DNA from: Eledone cirrhosa
Taxonomy: Eukaryota
Length of the DNA stretch: 64,000 nucleotides
Direction of reading: 5' to 3'
NCBI GenBank assembly: GCA_964016885.1
Contig: OZ024740.1
Coordinates: forward strand, 94,550,001-94,614,000
Below, piece by piece: positions 12,101 through 24,244 of the stretch. How positions within the stretch are numbered: position 1 is the first letter of the stretch; each line of letters opens with the position of its first letter. Below the pieces are notes generated by a model, which did not search any database, was not told the origin of the DNA, and saw nothing but the letters and a program-made list of their open reading frames with translations. Position numbers and translations under genes: made by a program.

Positions 12101-13831
12101 GGCCGTATCTCTGTTCCAGGTATTATTTATCTCAGTATTCAGGTCATTGTCTGCTTCGGGTGGTTCCTCCGTTCTCTCGACATCTTCACCTTCATTTGCC
12201 ACTGGCTCGTTTGTCTGGCATACTACACCCTCCATCTCCAAGCTATTCTCTCTGCTCAGTTCCTCCAGTTCCAGCTCGCTTATCCACCCATTAGTTCTTA
12301 TTACCCGAGCCTGCCCGGCCAATTTTTGTTCATCTAATTTAAATAGACCAATCTCGTTCCAGATGTTATGCATCCGGCTCCTATAGCCCCTCTCCTTGGG
12401 GTTACTTTTCAGGTAACATTGCATAACAATTCTATTCAATTCTTTCGTCCAGTTGGTTCTGGCCCCTTTCCTTCTTCTTTTTTCTCCAACACCAGCAGTA
12501 TTTGATTGACAGTCAGGTTCCTGCTGCTGAGCCAGGGAGCACCTGTTGGGTGAGAGTCTGTCACATGACGTTCTAGTCTCCATTTCACCGTTATTCGAAC
12601 TGTTTAGGTTCGATATTTAAACACTCTTATCGAGGATTGGCGAATGTATGGTTACATAGCAATCTGTGAATTCACCGTCTCCGGTGGTTGCGCCACTCCA
12701 CTTGGCTCTTGTGTGGCATTATCACCACGCTGTAGACGAATACAAATAAACAAACAAACACATAGGCAGAAAAAAACCCAAAAATGAATAAGCATAAGTT
12801 TCATTGTAATGTAGTGTTCGAATGTCTGACTTAGTTTGTCCCTTCTCTTCCCTGTCCGTCCGCTTGTTTCGCTCTTCATTCTTATTTTCTTTACGTTTTT
12901 TTTTTTGTTTTTTTGTTTTTTGTTTTTGTTTTTCTCTGTTTGTTTTTCTCGTTTTTTTTCTGTTGTTGATGTGCTGCTTTGGTTTTGATGTTTGTTTTTT
13001 TCTTTTTTCTTTTGAGTCTATCTATATATTTTGATGCCTTCCTCTTTTTTAGTAGGAATTCTATAATGTGGTGGCAGCAACTAGCAGGAAGCAATGGGAG
13101 ATAATAGCGGCGGTAGCGATACTGAGACAGTGGTGGTGGTGATGTCGATACCGAGGCAGTGGTGGTGGTGATGTGGTCGGATTACTGTAATGATGGTGTT
13201 GTAGCGGTGGTAGCAATGAAGGAGTGGTGGCGGCGGTGATGGGATAGTGGTAGTAATGATGGCAGTAGTGATGGTGTTGTAGCGGTGGTAGCAATGGAGG
13301 ACTGATGTCCGTTCGGTGAATCTATGGGTTTAGTCGCGTATATGTGTTGACCTAAATTCCCTTAATGTTGGGATTAAACATTTTGTTAAGACTTGGGACA
13401 ATAATAATAGTATTTATTATTATCCTTATTATGTTGAGATTGGTTGTGGTGGTGGAGAAATTGCCGTTATCTGGCTGTTGTGTTTAGTGTACACAGAGAG
13501 GTGATGGGGTAGGTGGTGTATCTAGTTTCTGGTGTTGGTGAGATTGGTGTTGTTTGGCTGTTCTATATAGTGTAGACAAAGGAGGGGGGGTTCTTCCATT
13601 TATAGCCATTTTCTTTTTTGAATATACAATGTACAAAAAGAGTTGAATATTTGAATATTTGAGCCTTATAACAATATATTTTGGGTCCGAATTTTTTGGG
13701 GCTCAAGCCGGATGCTTTACGTAGCATTTGTACTAAGAGTTGTTATTTCACAAATTATTTAAATATGTTAAAAATTCAAAACTTACGGGAGCGATTTCAT
13801 GACCTTCTACCACCTCGTGCGTCTTCTTCCC
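9129..13831 (-). mobile_element. R4/Dong-like non-LTR retrotransposon, probably full length (about 4.7 kb), decayed
   Basis: One broken ORF plus about 1.25 kb of upstream sequence, bounded at both ends by (TAA)n on its own strand (9084-9128 and 13832-13886). Assigning 12.8-13.8 kb to this element rests only on the flanking repeat. Confidence 0.8.
9203..12583 (-). pseudogene. R4/Dong-like ORF: Myb-like N-terminus, RT, CCHC, restriction-like endonuclease
   Basis: RTNWTKELNRIVMQCY N-terminus; RT motifs NYRPITCL, DYRKAFDMVPH, GIFQGDSLSPLLF, LLFMDDLKLF; CRICGEREETVAHIVSEC, RHD and RPDLVVVDKEKRSCLIVDVACP (PD..D nuclease). Confidence 0.92.

Positions 13832-13886
<55 letters not shown>
13832..13886. 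repeat. (ATT)n microsatellite between the 5' ends of two divergently oriented elements
   Basis: Pure TAT/ATT run of about 18 units. Confidence 0.98.
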
Positions 13887-14107
13887 GGTTGGTGAAGCCA
13901 CGCTTCTTATCGCCTCCAGTCTTTTTCAAAGTTTTACCTCTTTTTCAACCGTTCTAAACCTTTTATTCAAATTTTAAATTTGATAAAAGTTTAGAAGAAG
14001 TGACCCACCTAATACATGGGTTCACTAGTAAATAATAGGGCACCCTTTTCCGGGGTGTCGTATTCGTATTCGTATTGGTGTAAAAATAATTTTTGAAAAA
14101 TTCCAAC

Positions 14108-16174
14108 ATGGATAGCACAAAAAAGAGAGAGAGCGCTGTCAGACAACACAGAGAGATGGAGATTTTATCGGCATGTCAACAAGACAGCGTTCCAGCGGAG
14201 GTAAATATAAACGAAAATATTACAAAGGAAAAAAAGATTGTTACAGATTTAAAATTAACAAATATTTCTAACACAAACAACACCAACAGTAACACCAACA
14301 ACATCACCAACACCAACACCAAAAATAACAGCGGTAAAGTCGAGAACGACAATAACAAAAATAACAGCGGTAAAATCGAGAACGACAATAACAAAAATAA
14401 CAGCGGTAAGGACGAGAACGACAATAACAAAAATAACAGAGGTAAAGTCGAGAACGACAATAACAATGACAATAACAACAGCCACAACAACAATAATAGT
14501 AGGAACAGTATCAACAAATACAACAATAATAACAACAGCCACAATAACAGTCACAGCAGCAACAGTATCAACGAAAACAACACCAACAACTGTACCAGCA
14601 AAAAGAACAACAATGACACCGATGCCTGTAATAGCGACCTCAGCACCACCAGTAAGACCAGTATCGGCAGCAGTAGTGGTGCTGCTGAAAAAGGGACCAC
14701 TTCTTTTGCAGGTGTCGCCCGAAATATCGAGACAGTGTTAGTCACAGAGGAGGAGATGGCAGTCGCAAGGGCCATGGTGACAAGAAGCGCATTAGAGTTT
14801 CCCTGAAACCTCCACCCGATTTTTTCAAGGACCAGCAGCTACGAACGGAGACTTACCGCACCGTAAGTAAAATCTCACATCGAGTGGAGAGAGCCACGGA
14901 GGCTCAAATCCAAAAGGCGTTGGGGTGCGTCTGGGCACGCAAAACCCACATCACCTGAGGGAGAACGTACGCCACAGTAGACGTACTTTTCGCTACCCCC
15001 AGGAAGCAGAGTCTCACTCTTTGGAAACCCTAAAGAATGAGGCGTTAGTCTTGGTGCCCCCCTACTGCGGGCAGAAAATTGTGAGGGTCAAAGTGACCCA
15101 GGTCCCACCCGACCTGCCCATACCTTGGCTGGCCGCGTCTGTACTTGCTGGAATTGAGAACAGGGCGACCATGCTGCAAGTATAAAAAATAGGGAGAGAG
15201 AACTGGTCAGGTATAGGCATGCACATGCTTATACAAACTGACCAGGAATGTATCGAGGCTATCCCCGATATCATAGACTTTGAGGTAGGACTCCGACTCC
15301 CTATAAGTATAGAAGGAAGACGGCCAAAATGTTATCTCTGTGGGTCGAAAGGTCATCTCAGGGCCATTTGCGCAGAAGACACCGAAGAGGGACCCTCTCC
15401 TTCCAATACCTGGTCTGCTGCTACCAAGAGCAGGACAGGCAACAAACGGAGAAACCCCTTCCACGGTGACTAGGAGGGCAACGTCCGTAGCACCCGTACC
15501 AAGGCCACGGATGACTAAAGCAACATCATCAGTAGCGGCAACTCCAATAGCTACATTTGAAATAGCTACACCAGCAACAACATTGCCGAAGAGGGCTCCA
15601 CTACCACTAGCAACAGCCGTGGAGCACATGCCCCTCCCAGACGCCACAGAATCCGACATGGAGTTTGAGGCGGGAGTGACGTGGCAAACAGTCTGCCGCA
15701 AAAAATTAAAAAAACAGAAAAACCCTTAGATTCACCCTCCAAAAGCGAACGAATACAAAGAGGGGTAAAGGAAGCAAGGAAACTTCCAGCAAGACCACCA
15801 CAAACACCAACAACGCAAACAGAACAAGACACACACACCAAACAGCAACAAGAGGAAACGGCAACAAAATCACCTCTCCCCCCAAAAAGTACACAGCCAT
15901 AAACATAGCAAAAATAGAACTCATAAAATATATAAAGCAGCACACAGACATCACGGAAAAAAACTACAACACCCCACCAACACCAAGAACTCTCCCGACA
16001 AACATAAGCATCGTCGAAATCTCAATAGAACAATACGAACCTTTAAAACAAAAATTCCCCAACACAGTTGGAGAATTCAGAGCGACGGTTACCGAGAGGA
16101 TATACACTGACATCCTCTTGGAAACACCCATGACCAGCGAAAGGGACGGTTCTACTGTCCCTTCACCACACTAA
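14108..16174 (+). pseudogene. ORF1 with Asn-rich repeats and CCHC zinc knuckle, disrupted
   Basis: CYLCGSKGHLRAIC knuckle near 15330-15370; LVPPYCGQKIVRVKVT block shared with subfamily B. Confidence 0.82.
14321..14464 (+). repeat. 36-bp in-frame tandem repeat, 4 copies (KNNSGKVENDNN)
   Basis: aaaaataacagcggtaaagtcgagaacgacaataac repeated four times with few substitutions. Confidence 0.93.
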
Positions 16175-16218
16175 CAAGGTAAGTGACCCTTTCTCATTTG
16201 CCCCGTTTCTCATCCTAC

Positions 16219-19200
16219 ATGGTTGTACTCAGAATAGGTAGTATAAATGCACGTGGCCTGGGGTCATCTTGGAAACAGTGTCACCTGCTCAATGACTTCA
16301 GGTCACTAAACATAGATGTGGTGGCCATCAGTGAAACCAGAATCTCCGAGGCACGGGCCTTCGCACTGATCTTCGGCGGCTACTATGTATACGCATCTCC
16401 CAGTCGTCCAGGATCGGGGTGAGGGGTTGTCGTCCTTTTTCGGAGAGGCTTGGATCTCGCGATACGGGCCATCTTCCTGGACCCAGAAGGTAAGTCGGTG
16501 GTGCTGGACGTGACCGGCAGCGAAGGCAATGCTTTCAGGCTAGTAGCCGTCTACGCCCCAACAGGGTCAGGACGGCCAGATTTCTTCAGACGTCTAGAGA
16601 CCTTTCTTGGAACGTCCCGCTCTTTAGTGTTAGTGGGCGACTGGAACGGTATCTTGGATGCGCGCTGGGATCATGTGGGGCTAGTGGATAGGGGAGGAGG
16701 GTGCAAGAGCCTCACCAACCTCCTCAGATGTTTTGAACTATCTGACAGGTATCGACTGGATGACCCGAATGTGCCAATGTGGACATGAACAAACCGCATC
16801 GGGTCATCCAGATCGTATCTAGATAGGGTATTCTGCAGGGAACTAGATAAGGCTAGTATAAGTTGTCCACAATTTAAAATAGTCGACTACACAGACCACA
16901 AATTTGTGATCTGTGAGATCGACATAGACAGACTTCATAGACAAGGGCATGTTTATTGGAAGCTGAACGCGTATTTCCCGGCGCGCAAGGCCTACAGAGT
17001 CCGGATTAGCGTATTAGTTAAGCGGGCGTTAACGAGAGCGGTCGTCAACAATAGGTGGTGGTTCGCCCTGAAAAAGGCAATTAAAGTAGAATCGATTAGG
17101 TTCAGCAAATGAGTAGTTATAGAGGAAAATAGAATAGAGGGAGAGCTAGTCAGAAAGCTAGAAGAGGCGTTTAGGACAGGCATCGCAACCGACGTGCTTG
17201 CGGCGAGGTTGGCACTCGACCAATTCTTTAACGCAACACACGAAGGCTGCGTTGTCAGAGCTAGAGCGCGTGCTCTGAAACATGCGGGGACAAAAGCCGT
17301 CCAATGGGCCCGAGTGGCAGAGGCGCGACGTGGCAATAAAGCCACAATTCGGTCTTTGTCTGACCAGAACGGGTGCGTGATGTTCGAACCCGAGCGGATG
17401 TGTGAAGCTTTTCAGCAGCACTTCGCTGAACTGTTCGGGAGCGGCGGCGGCCCGGATCGGGGCATGAACTTCAGTGCAAACCTCGACAGACTGCCTCGGC
17501 TCTCGGCGACAGCAGCACAGTCTTGCGAAAAGCCAATAACAGCCGGTGAAATAAGGGGAAGCGATGGCTAACTGCACAAGGGGTAAATCGCCAGATTTAG
17601 ATGGTCTGCCCTACGAGCTTTATGCATTTATGCCAGACTTGTTCGGTGACCTCTTGGCAGACGTCTACTGCAAATGGCAGCAGAACGGGAGCATTCCCAG
17701 TTTTGTGAGCCCGGGAGCAGTGGCGCTGCTGAGAAAAGACCCGAACAAGGGGGATGTTATTGATAATTTCAGGCCCATAACCCTGCTAAACGCAAAGTTC
17801 TATATTTTGGCCAAGGTGTTAGCAACGAGGTTGGCGCTTGTCGTCAAGGGTCTGGTGGGAGAGGCGCAGACATGCGCCATCCCGGACAGATCCATACACG
17901 ACAACCTCCACCTCTTGCGATACATCATAGAGAGGGTGGTTAAGGAACCTGGCAAGGGTGGGGCCCTGATATACCTGGATCAATCCAGAGCATTCGATAG
18001 GGTTTACCATCGGTACCTGGCGGCGGTCCTCGAGGTAGCCGGTTTCGGGCCCGTTTTCAGGCGTTGGATCGCAGCAATGTACAGCGACAACTGCTCAGTT
18101 GTGAGGGTGAACGGTCACCTGTCGCAACCGTTCAGCATCATGCGCTCAGTCTTCCGGTGTTGTTCCCTCTCGTCCCTCTTGTACGTATTGGCTCTCGAGC
18201 CGTTACTGCACAAACTGGGGGCTATGAGGGGCATCCCACGCGAACTAGGATGCGGGAAATCCAAGTCGGCTTACGCTGACGACGTCACCGTGGTGGTGTC
18301 GAGACTCAGACACGTCCAGATGCTCGGCACCGCTCTCAAGGAATACGGAACGGTGACAGGAGCAAAGATATACCAGCAAAAGTCGGTGGGCTTGAAGCTA
18401 GGCACCTGGAGAGGCAAGTCCATGCCGTCTGACAGCGTCGTGGGGTGTTGGGCGGACGCACCGGTTAAATTGCTCGCGGTCTGGTTCGGACCGGACCTCC
18501 AGATGGAGAAAAACTGGAACGAGGTGACGAGCAGGGTGGCCTCCCTCATCCATAAATGGGCTGAGAGGAAGCTGTCCCTGAAAGGCCGGGCGGAAGTGGC
18601 GAATGCGTACATCGCATCCGTCATCTGCTACCCCCTCACCGTTGACCCTTGCTCCAGCCCAACTCTCACCAAAATGGAGCGCCTCCTCTTCCACCTATTG
18701 TGGAAGGGACGCGCCCCCATGGTCAGACGATCCATCTGCTGTCAACACCCATTGCGTGGAGGAATGGCCATGCCATGGCTGATGATGCGCAAACATGCGC
18801 TGAGGCTGTGACATCTCTTGTGCTTCCTTGATGGTGAAGGGTGTGGTCGCCGTTCGCCAGTAACATTTTCCCACAGCTCGTCTCCTTGACGGAGCTGCAG
18901 TGCTGGGTCAGAAAAAGACCGAGGGGAAGCGCTTGGAAACTGGAATGTCTCCAGGCCCTCACTGCCCTCTCCCAGTTGGGCACCAGTATCGGTGGAACAA
19001 CACCTCGGCGTTCTATAGAGGACTAGTGTAGGTGAAGAGCGACGACGTTCTCGGAGAGATCCTGGGCGTCGAAGAAGATCAGCTGCTTGCTCTCTTCCGG
19101 AGAACTTTCAGCCCAGAGCCTATGGATAACTTCCAAAAATCCCTGGCCTGGCAGTGCTACCGGGGAGCGCTGCCGGTTCGACATTACCTCTACAGGCACG

Positions 19201-19637
19201 GAAGTGCCGTCAGCCGAGCCTGTCCGAGATGCACGCATAGCGACGAAACCGTTGTGCACGCACGCGTTCAGTGCCCGAGCATTGCTGACTTGTGGAGCTA
19301 TGTCGAACAGTTGCTGTCACACGTGGGACTGATCCGGTTGTCGACTGAGTCCATTGTGCAGATGGTGTCGCCGTCTTCCTTTGAGGAGGAATGTCAGGCG
19401 GTTTTCATCTGTCTGGTGGCCATGGCGAAAGAGATTGTGTGGTGGACAAGGTTAAAATGATTAAAGACCAACACTTTCCTCTTCGGCGAATCCCTGATTA
19501 ACTTTTTCAAGTTTCACTTGAAGAGGAAAATCAGGGTGGAGAGGCAAGTGCTGCTTTCTAGCAAGTTTGTTGAAAGGTGGGTGAATGTAGCGAGAATGGT
19601 CCGAGTGAACGGGACAACTCTGAATATACGTTTGTAG
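16219..19637 (+). pseudogene. ORF2 (APE, RT, CCHC), disrupted
   Basis: IGSINARGL, VAISETR, LVGDWNG, NFRPITLLN, AYADDVTV, CPRC…H…C; in-frame stops and frameshifts. Confidence 0.92.
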
Positions 19638-19945
19638 TTTGAGAGATGGAAACATTGAGAGAGGGCGCTTGCCCTCGTAGGTAGGGTGGCCGTGGTCTTT
19701 AGTGTGGTTTTCGCCACGAGTAACCCTCAGAGGTTTTCCTCCTATTGGAGAATTTTTCATTGTTTCAATTTTCATTTTATTGTTTATATATATATGTTTT
19801 ATCTTTTTTTTCTTTTCTTATATAAATAATAAAAATATTTACACGCACAAAACGCATATCGTACCGTCCTGTTCCGCCTGTGATGTTTTTCTTGATGTCA
19901 GCCCTTGTGGCCAATAAAGAAATCATTATTACCATTATTATTATA

Positions 19946-19982
<37 letters not shown>

Positions 19983-20909
19983 GTAGTAGTAGTAGTAGTA
20001 TTAGTAGTAGTAGTAGTAGTAGTAGTGGATGGAGATATCCACCTAAATCTGAATAATTTAACTAATGTGAATGTACGAGGTTAAAATTCCTCGATAATTT
20101 AATTGTTAGAATATAGTGGTGGAAACATCCGTGACCTGGCTCACCGAACTACATCCCTACTTATTTGTGGAAGGAAATGGTAATGATGATCAAGAATGTG
20201 ACGTGTGTGTTGTACTGACTGTTTCAGAGCCTCAACCTTACAACATCCGTGATAATACCTTCGACAATCTGTTCGTTGGTTCTCTAAAATCTCATCAATA
20301 ACGTATTGATAATTGATAAAATAATTGTTGTTATATATTAAGTTAAACCCTTTCTTGAACATGCTTAAAAACTTAAACACGCACCTGAAAATAACTTCAG
20401 CAGGACCCAATGGAAAGCAACATGTACACTTGTGTTGCCCTTAACAATAGGTAATTTTTTCCGAAAGTTAACACTTTGCTGCTCCATCAACTAATCCTAT
20501 TTCAATCAACATACCAACGGGGGCATGCAACATTTCAGCTCAATTGGACATGTGTTAAGAGACCCTCAAACGCCTTGAATTTGGAACATAGTATACGCAA
20601 CGATTAATTCTGTTCAAAAGCGGTATACATTTCCCTCGACCACTTTCTTTTTTCTTCTTAGAGAAATTTATGTAGACACATCCTGGCAATCCCAGCAAAT
20701 GTCTGAAAACTTTCTGAATCGAATTTACCAACAGTTAATTTGGAAAATTCCTGAAACCACAGGAAAAAGTTTAAATATTAGGTTTTCTTAATAAAGCACA
20801 CAATTTCTATAAGAAAACGCATTTTCATTTACAACAACAATTTCTATAGAATCAAAAACATAATGTAAATACTGAACACTGGATGTTGAACATTATTTTT
20901 GCATAAGAC

Positions 20910-21109
20910 AGAGCGGTGTATTGGCAGTATCGGTAGTCGGTAGACGGTCTGACCCGATGTTTTGCAGCAAAGAGTTACGGCCCTTTATTGTGTGAGTTCA
21001 AATCGCGCCGAAGTTAACTTTGCCGTTCATCCATATGGGGTCGATAAAATAAAGCATCAGTAATGCACTGGGATAATTGCCGGTTTGTGCCGGAAGTAGA
21101 CACAATTAT
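20910..21109 (+). mobile_element. Degenerate tRNA-derived SINE with a MetaSINE-like central domain
   Basis: B-box-like gagttcaaatc followed by actttgccgttcatccatatggggtcgataaaataaag; the same domain recurs at 44324-44427. Confidence 0.7.
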
Positions 21110-21129
21110 CTTTGCATAAGAGAGGATTT

Positions 21130-21490
21130 AATGGCAGTAGGGTATGTTTTATGGCTTTCGGTAACGGTCTCTAAAATAAATTGTTTCTCAGTTTTATCTT
21201 TTGTGAGAATGTTATTGTAATCCTGAATGAATTTGACACCTCCTTCTGCAACATTATTCACAACTGTCTACTCAAACTTTTCAAGTCCATTTTTGTAATC
21301 AGATTCATCCTCCCGTGTTGAAGTGTCTTTGTCGAGGAAATCCGTGCTGATAGAAAATTTCGGGAAGACACTTTTTGTACCAGGAGTTACAAAAGACTAA
21401 ACCTCGATGTGTGTAAAGCTAGAACAGTCATTTTGGTGCAGAATATGATTTGTTCACCTTTGTCTGCTTCCAGTCTAACTTAAACAAAAT
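21130..21490 (-). pseudogene. C-terminal remnant of a DNA transposase, probably hAT superfamily (hATm-like)
   Basis: Manual translation …TDFLDKD…YKNGLEKFE*TVVNNVAEGGVKFIQDYNNILTKDKTEKQFILETV resembles the VVNDxAERGVKLIQDYN..LTKDE motif. Family call is from memory of the motif. Confidence 0.6.
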
Positions 21491-21494
21491 GCTC

Positions 21495-21820
21495 GCTTTT
21501 CTCATTGTTCTCCTTGCTCTACGTTTACCCTTGGTCACCTTGTCACCTTGCTCTCCTTTTCTCATTGCTCTCCTTGTTCTCATTTTAGCTTTGGTCTCGT
21601 TTTCTCACTGTTATCCTTGCTCTCCGTTTCTCATTGATCTCCTTTCTCTCCTTTTCTCATTGTTCTCCTTGCTCTCATTTTACCCTTGGTCTCTTTTTCT
21701 CACTGTTCCCCTTGCTCTCCGTTTCTCATTGATCTCCTTGCTCACCTTTTCTCATTGTTCTCCTTGCGCTTCGTTTATAATTGCTCTAGTTGCTCTCCTT
21801 TCTCCTTGTTCACCCTTTCG
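21495..21820. repeat. Degenerate pyrimidine-rich tandem repeat
   Basis: Recurring tttctcattg(c/t/a)tctccttgctctcc units. Confidence 0.8.
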
Positions 21821-21910
21821 CGTATCTATCTACTTGTTTGTATACAAATACAATGAGAAAATGGGAGCAAGGAGAAATAAGAATGCAACGATTGTAAGGA
21901 GAACACACAA

Positions 21911-22002
<92 letters not shown>

Positions 22003-22400
22003 AAAGGTTATATTTAATTTGTTGTGATACAAGAAGCAAAATATTTTTATAACTGATATAAAGCACTCAACAAATTATTGAAGCAAATATACAATATATT
22101 AACATATGGAAACTATATTTATAAAACCATATTTATTTCATTATACATATTTCAAGGGCCACCAGAGCGAACTTTGGTGCGCTTTCAACAGATAAAATAT
22201 AATATAGGTTAGTTTTATAAATAAATATTGAATATTGACATACCCTTAAAAAATGCAACCATTCTAGTTGGAATCTCCTGGGTAGTTTATCAGATGAAAG
22301 CGCAACATAGTTTGCTCTGGTGGCCCTTGAAATATGTATAATGAAATAAATATGGTTTTATAAATATAGTTTCCATTTCTTAATATATAGTATATATGAC
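22003..22400. mobile_element. Inverted pair of PLE terminal-repeat-like units, each with a degenerate hammerhead (22136-22197 -, 22286-22346 +)
   Basis: About 22100-22197 is the reverse complement of about 22286-22390. Cores CUGUUGA and CAGAUGA each carry one mutation. Same family as 30.95-31.15 kb, 57.1 kb and 59.6 kb. Confidence 0.7.
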
Positions 22401-22692
22401 CATCTCCACTGAAAGTTTTCATGAAATAGTATTTTAAGACTATACAGAGCATTTGATGTTATTCCAAATTGAAGGATAAGTGTTTTAAACTTTATTTTAT
22501 CATGAGTTAAAGGTCTATTGATTTGTCCCTGGATAGCGCTAAATTCTGTGGAAGAATTTGTATCCTGATTCTCTTTTGAGATGAGTTTGAATTATTTTTC
22601 CTAAATCTTACGTTAACTACTTTTCCCTTCTTGACGTTATAGGCTGTTAGCTTCTCGCTAAAACAATCTCTATACCTCTCATTTATATCATA

Positions 22693-22748
<56 letters not shown>

Positions 22749-23241
22749 AAATGGGGAGATGAATACTGCAAGTTGCACATGGATAACATGTTATAAAATG
22801 AGTCCCTCATCAGTGATTTGCCAACGATCATAGATATTTCATTGCATTAAAAATCATATACCTCACGTTGGTGCAATAATAACTAAATTAAGTTATTAGG
22901 GCAATTAAAACGCAGAAAGCGAGTGAGACAAGTAAACAACAAAGAGGAAAGCTAACCGTAGATAGGAAGGGCACAAGCTACATAGTTATTCTGTCAGCAT
23001 AAGCTGGGTGAATATATGAGCGCGTAGAAAAAAAGACCTTTCCAGATGAATCCAAATGTAAGAACGAAGGAAATTGTATTCGTCGCGAACGGGGTGAAGT
23101 GAGAAGGGGAGAAACAGTGAGTGAGTGAGTGGAAGTGTGAGGAAGAGGTCATCAGTAGAGAGAAAGTGTTAACTGACACTATAATGTTAAAGGATTGTAA
23201 ATAAAACGAGTAAATCAGACAAAGGTGGAATTCCTTTTATT

Positions 23242-23282
<41 letters not shown>

Positions 23283-23393
23283 CTCCAGTTCCCCAGTGAA
23301 TTAACAACCCAACAAGGAACTGGGCATATCAGAGTATTGACAATATCATACACCTAAACAACATATGTACTTGTATATACCATACTAATTCAA

Positions 23394-23448
23394 ACTGCCT
23401 GAAGAGGTCACAGCCAAAGATGGCTGTCACTGAAATATATATAGCAGT
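23394..23448 (+). ncRNA. Minimal type I hammerhead ribozyme, intact core
   Basis: ACUGC-CUGAAGA-[GGUCACAGCCA AAGA UGGCUGUCACU]-GAAA-UAUAUA-UA-GCAGU. Stem I ACUGC/GCAGU, palindromic stem III, AATAAA right after. Confidence 0.88.
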
Positions 23449-23734
23449 AATAAACGAAGCTAAATTTTAATCATTTGACTTTTATTTAACTTTATTTTAT
23501 ATATATATATATATAATTTAGTTAAAAAAGTACATCCACATATGTATACTGAAATACTAGTATGCATATGAATACACACACGTGTACATATGTAGATGTA
23601 CCGAGTTTTTCACTGGACACTTTACTGTGAGTGTTCAGATATTCTGTATGTAAACACACAGACAAACCGGTTTTTAGAGTCATACTGGTTTTCGAGGAAA
23701 CACCTTTCCTCTATTCCCCAGAAAGCCAGACAGG

Positions 23735-23779
23735 AATATTGGACTAGTTTCGATGTTGTTACATCTCATCAGCAATATT
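23735..23779 (-). ncRNA. Minimal type I hammerhead ribozyme, canonical
   Basis: AAUAUUG-CUGAUGA-GAUGU AACA ACAUC-GAAA-CUAG-UC-CAAUAUU; 7-bp stem I, GUC cleavage triplet. Confidence 0.93.
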
Positions 23780-24199
23780 TACCTATCCTCCGGCCTTTCT
23801 AGAGAATCGTAAAAGCACATATCGTTATATGCTTTTTCTATGAAAATTAGTAGTGGGCAGACTAATTTGCATAGAGCGTGAGAACGTACCGGTTCAGCGG
23901 AGACGATAAAAACAAATAACGAAACGAAATTAAATTTCGTTTCGTTTGTAACTCACTTTTGTATGACTGACGCTTAAACAATTAAGTTAAAAATGCACAT
24001 CCACATATGTATACTGAAATACTAGTATGCATATGAATACACATACGTGTACATATGTAGATGTACCGAGTTTTTCACTGGACACTTTACTGTGAGTGTT
24101 CAGCTATTCTGTATGTAAACACACAGACAAACCGGTTTTTAGAGTCATACTGATTTTCGAGGAAACACCTTTCCTCTATTCCCCAGAAAGCCAGACAGG

Positions 24200-24244
24200 A
24201 ATATTGGACTAGTTTTGATGTTGTTACATCTCATCAGCAATATT
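24200..24244 (-). ncRNA. Hammerhead copy with GAAA>AAAA core mutation, probably inactive
   Basis: Same as 23735-23779 except for a C>T change on the + strand at a CpG. Confidence 0.8.

Larger units (their letters stand above)
13887..19981 (+). mobile_element. Apparently full-length decayed Tx1-like LINE (subfamily C)
   Basis: Starts directly after (ATT)n; ORF1, ORF2, AATAAA near 19913, (ATT)n tail 19925-19981 that changes to (AGT)n up to 20026. Confidence 0.92.

Noticed and set aside
12581-12665. HDV-like ribozyme upstream of the R4 ORF (UUCGCC/GGUGAA pairing, UCCUCG, UCGAAC/GUUCGA hairpin)
   Set aside because: P1 and P3 could not be paired and the catalytic C position reads A; worth rechecking only on a consensus.
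344-19775. ORFs antisense to the LINE coding regions, including Leu/Val-rich membrane-like ones
   Set aside because: They are shadow frames of retroelement ORFs and low-complexity tracts, with no independent motifs.
20910-21010. tRNA gene
   Set aside because: Only a B-box-like motif in a decayed SINE head; no cloverleaf.
22770-22822. CUGAUGA on the - strand next to a TA tract
   Set aside because: No GAAA or closing stems at suitable spacing.
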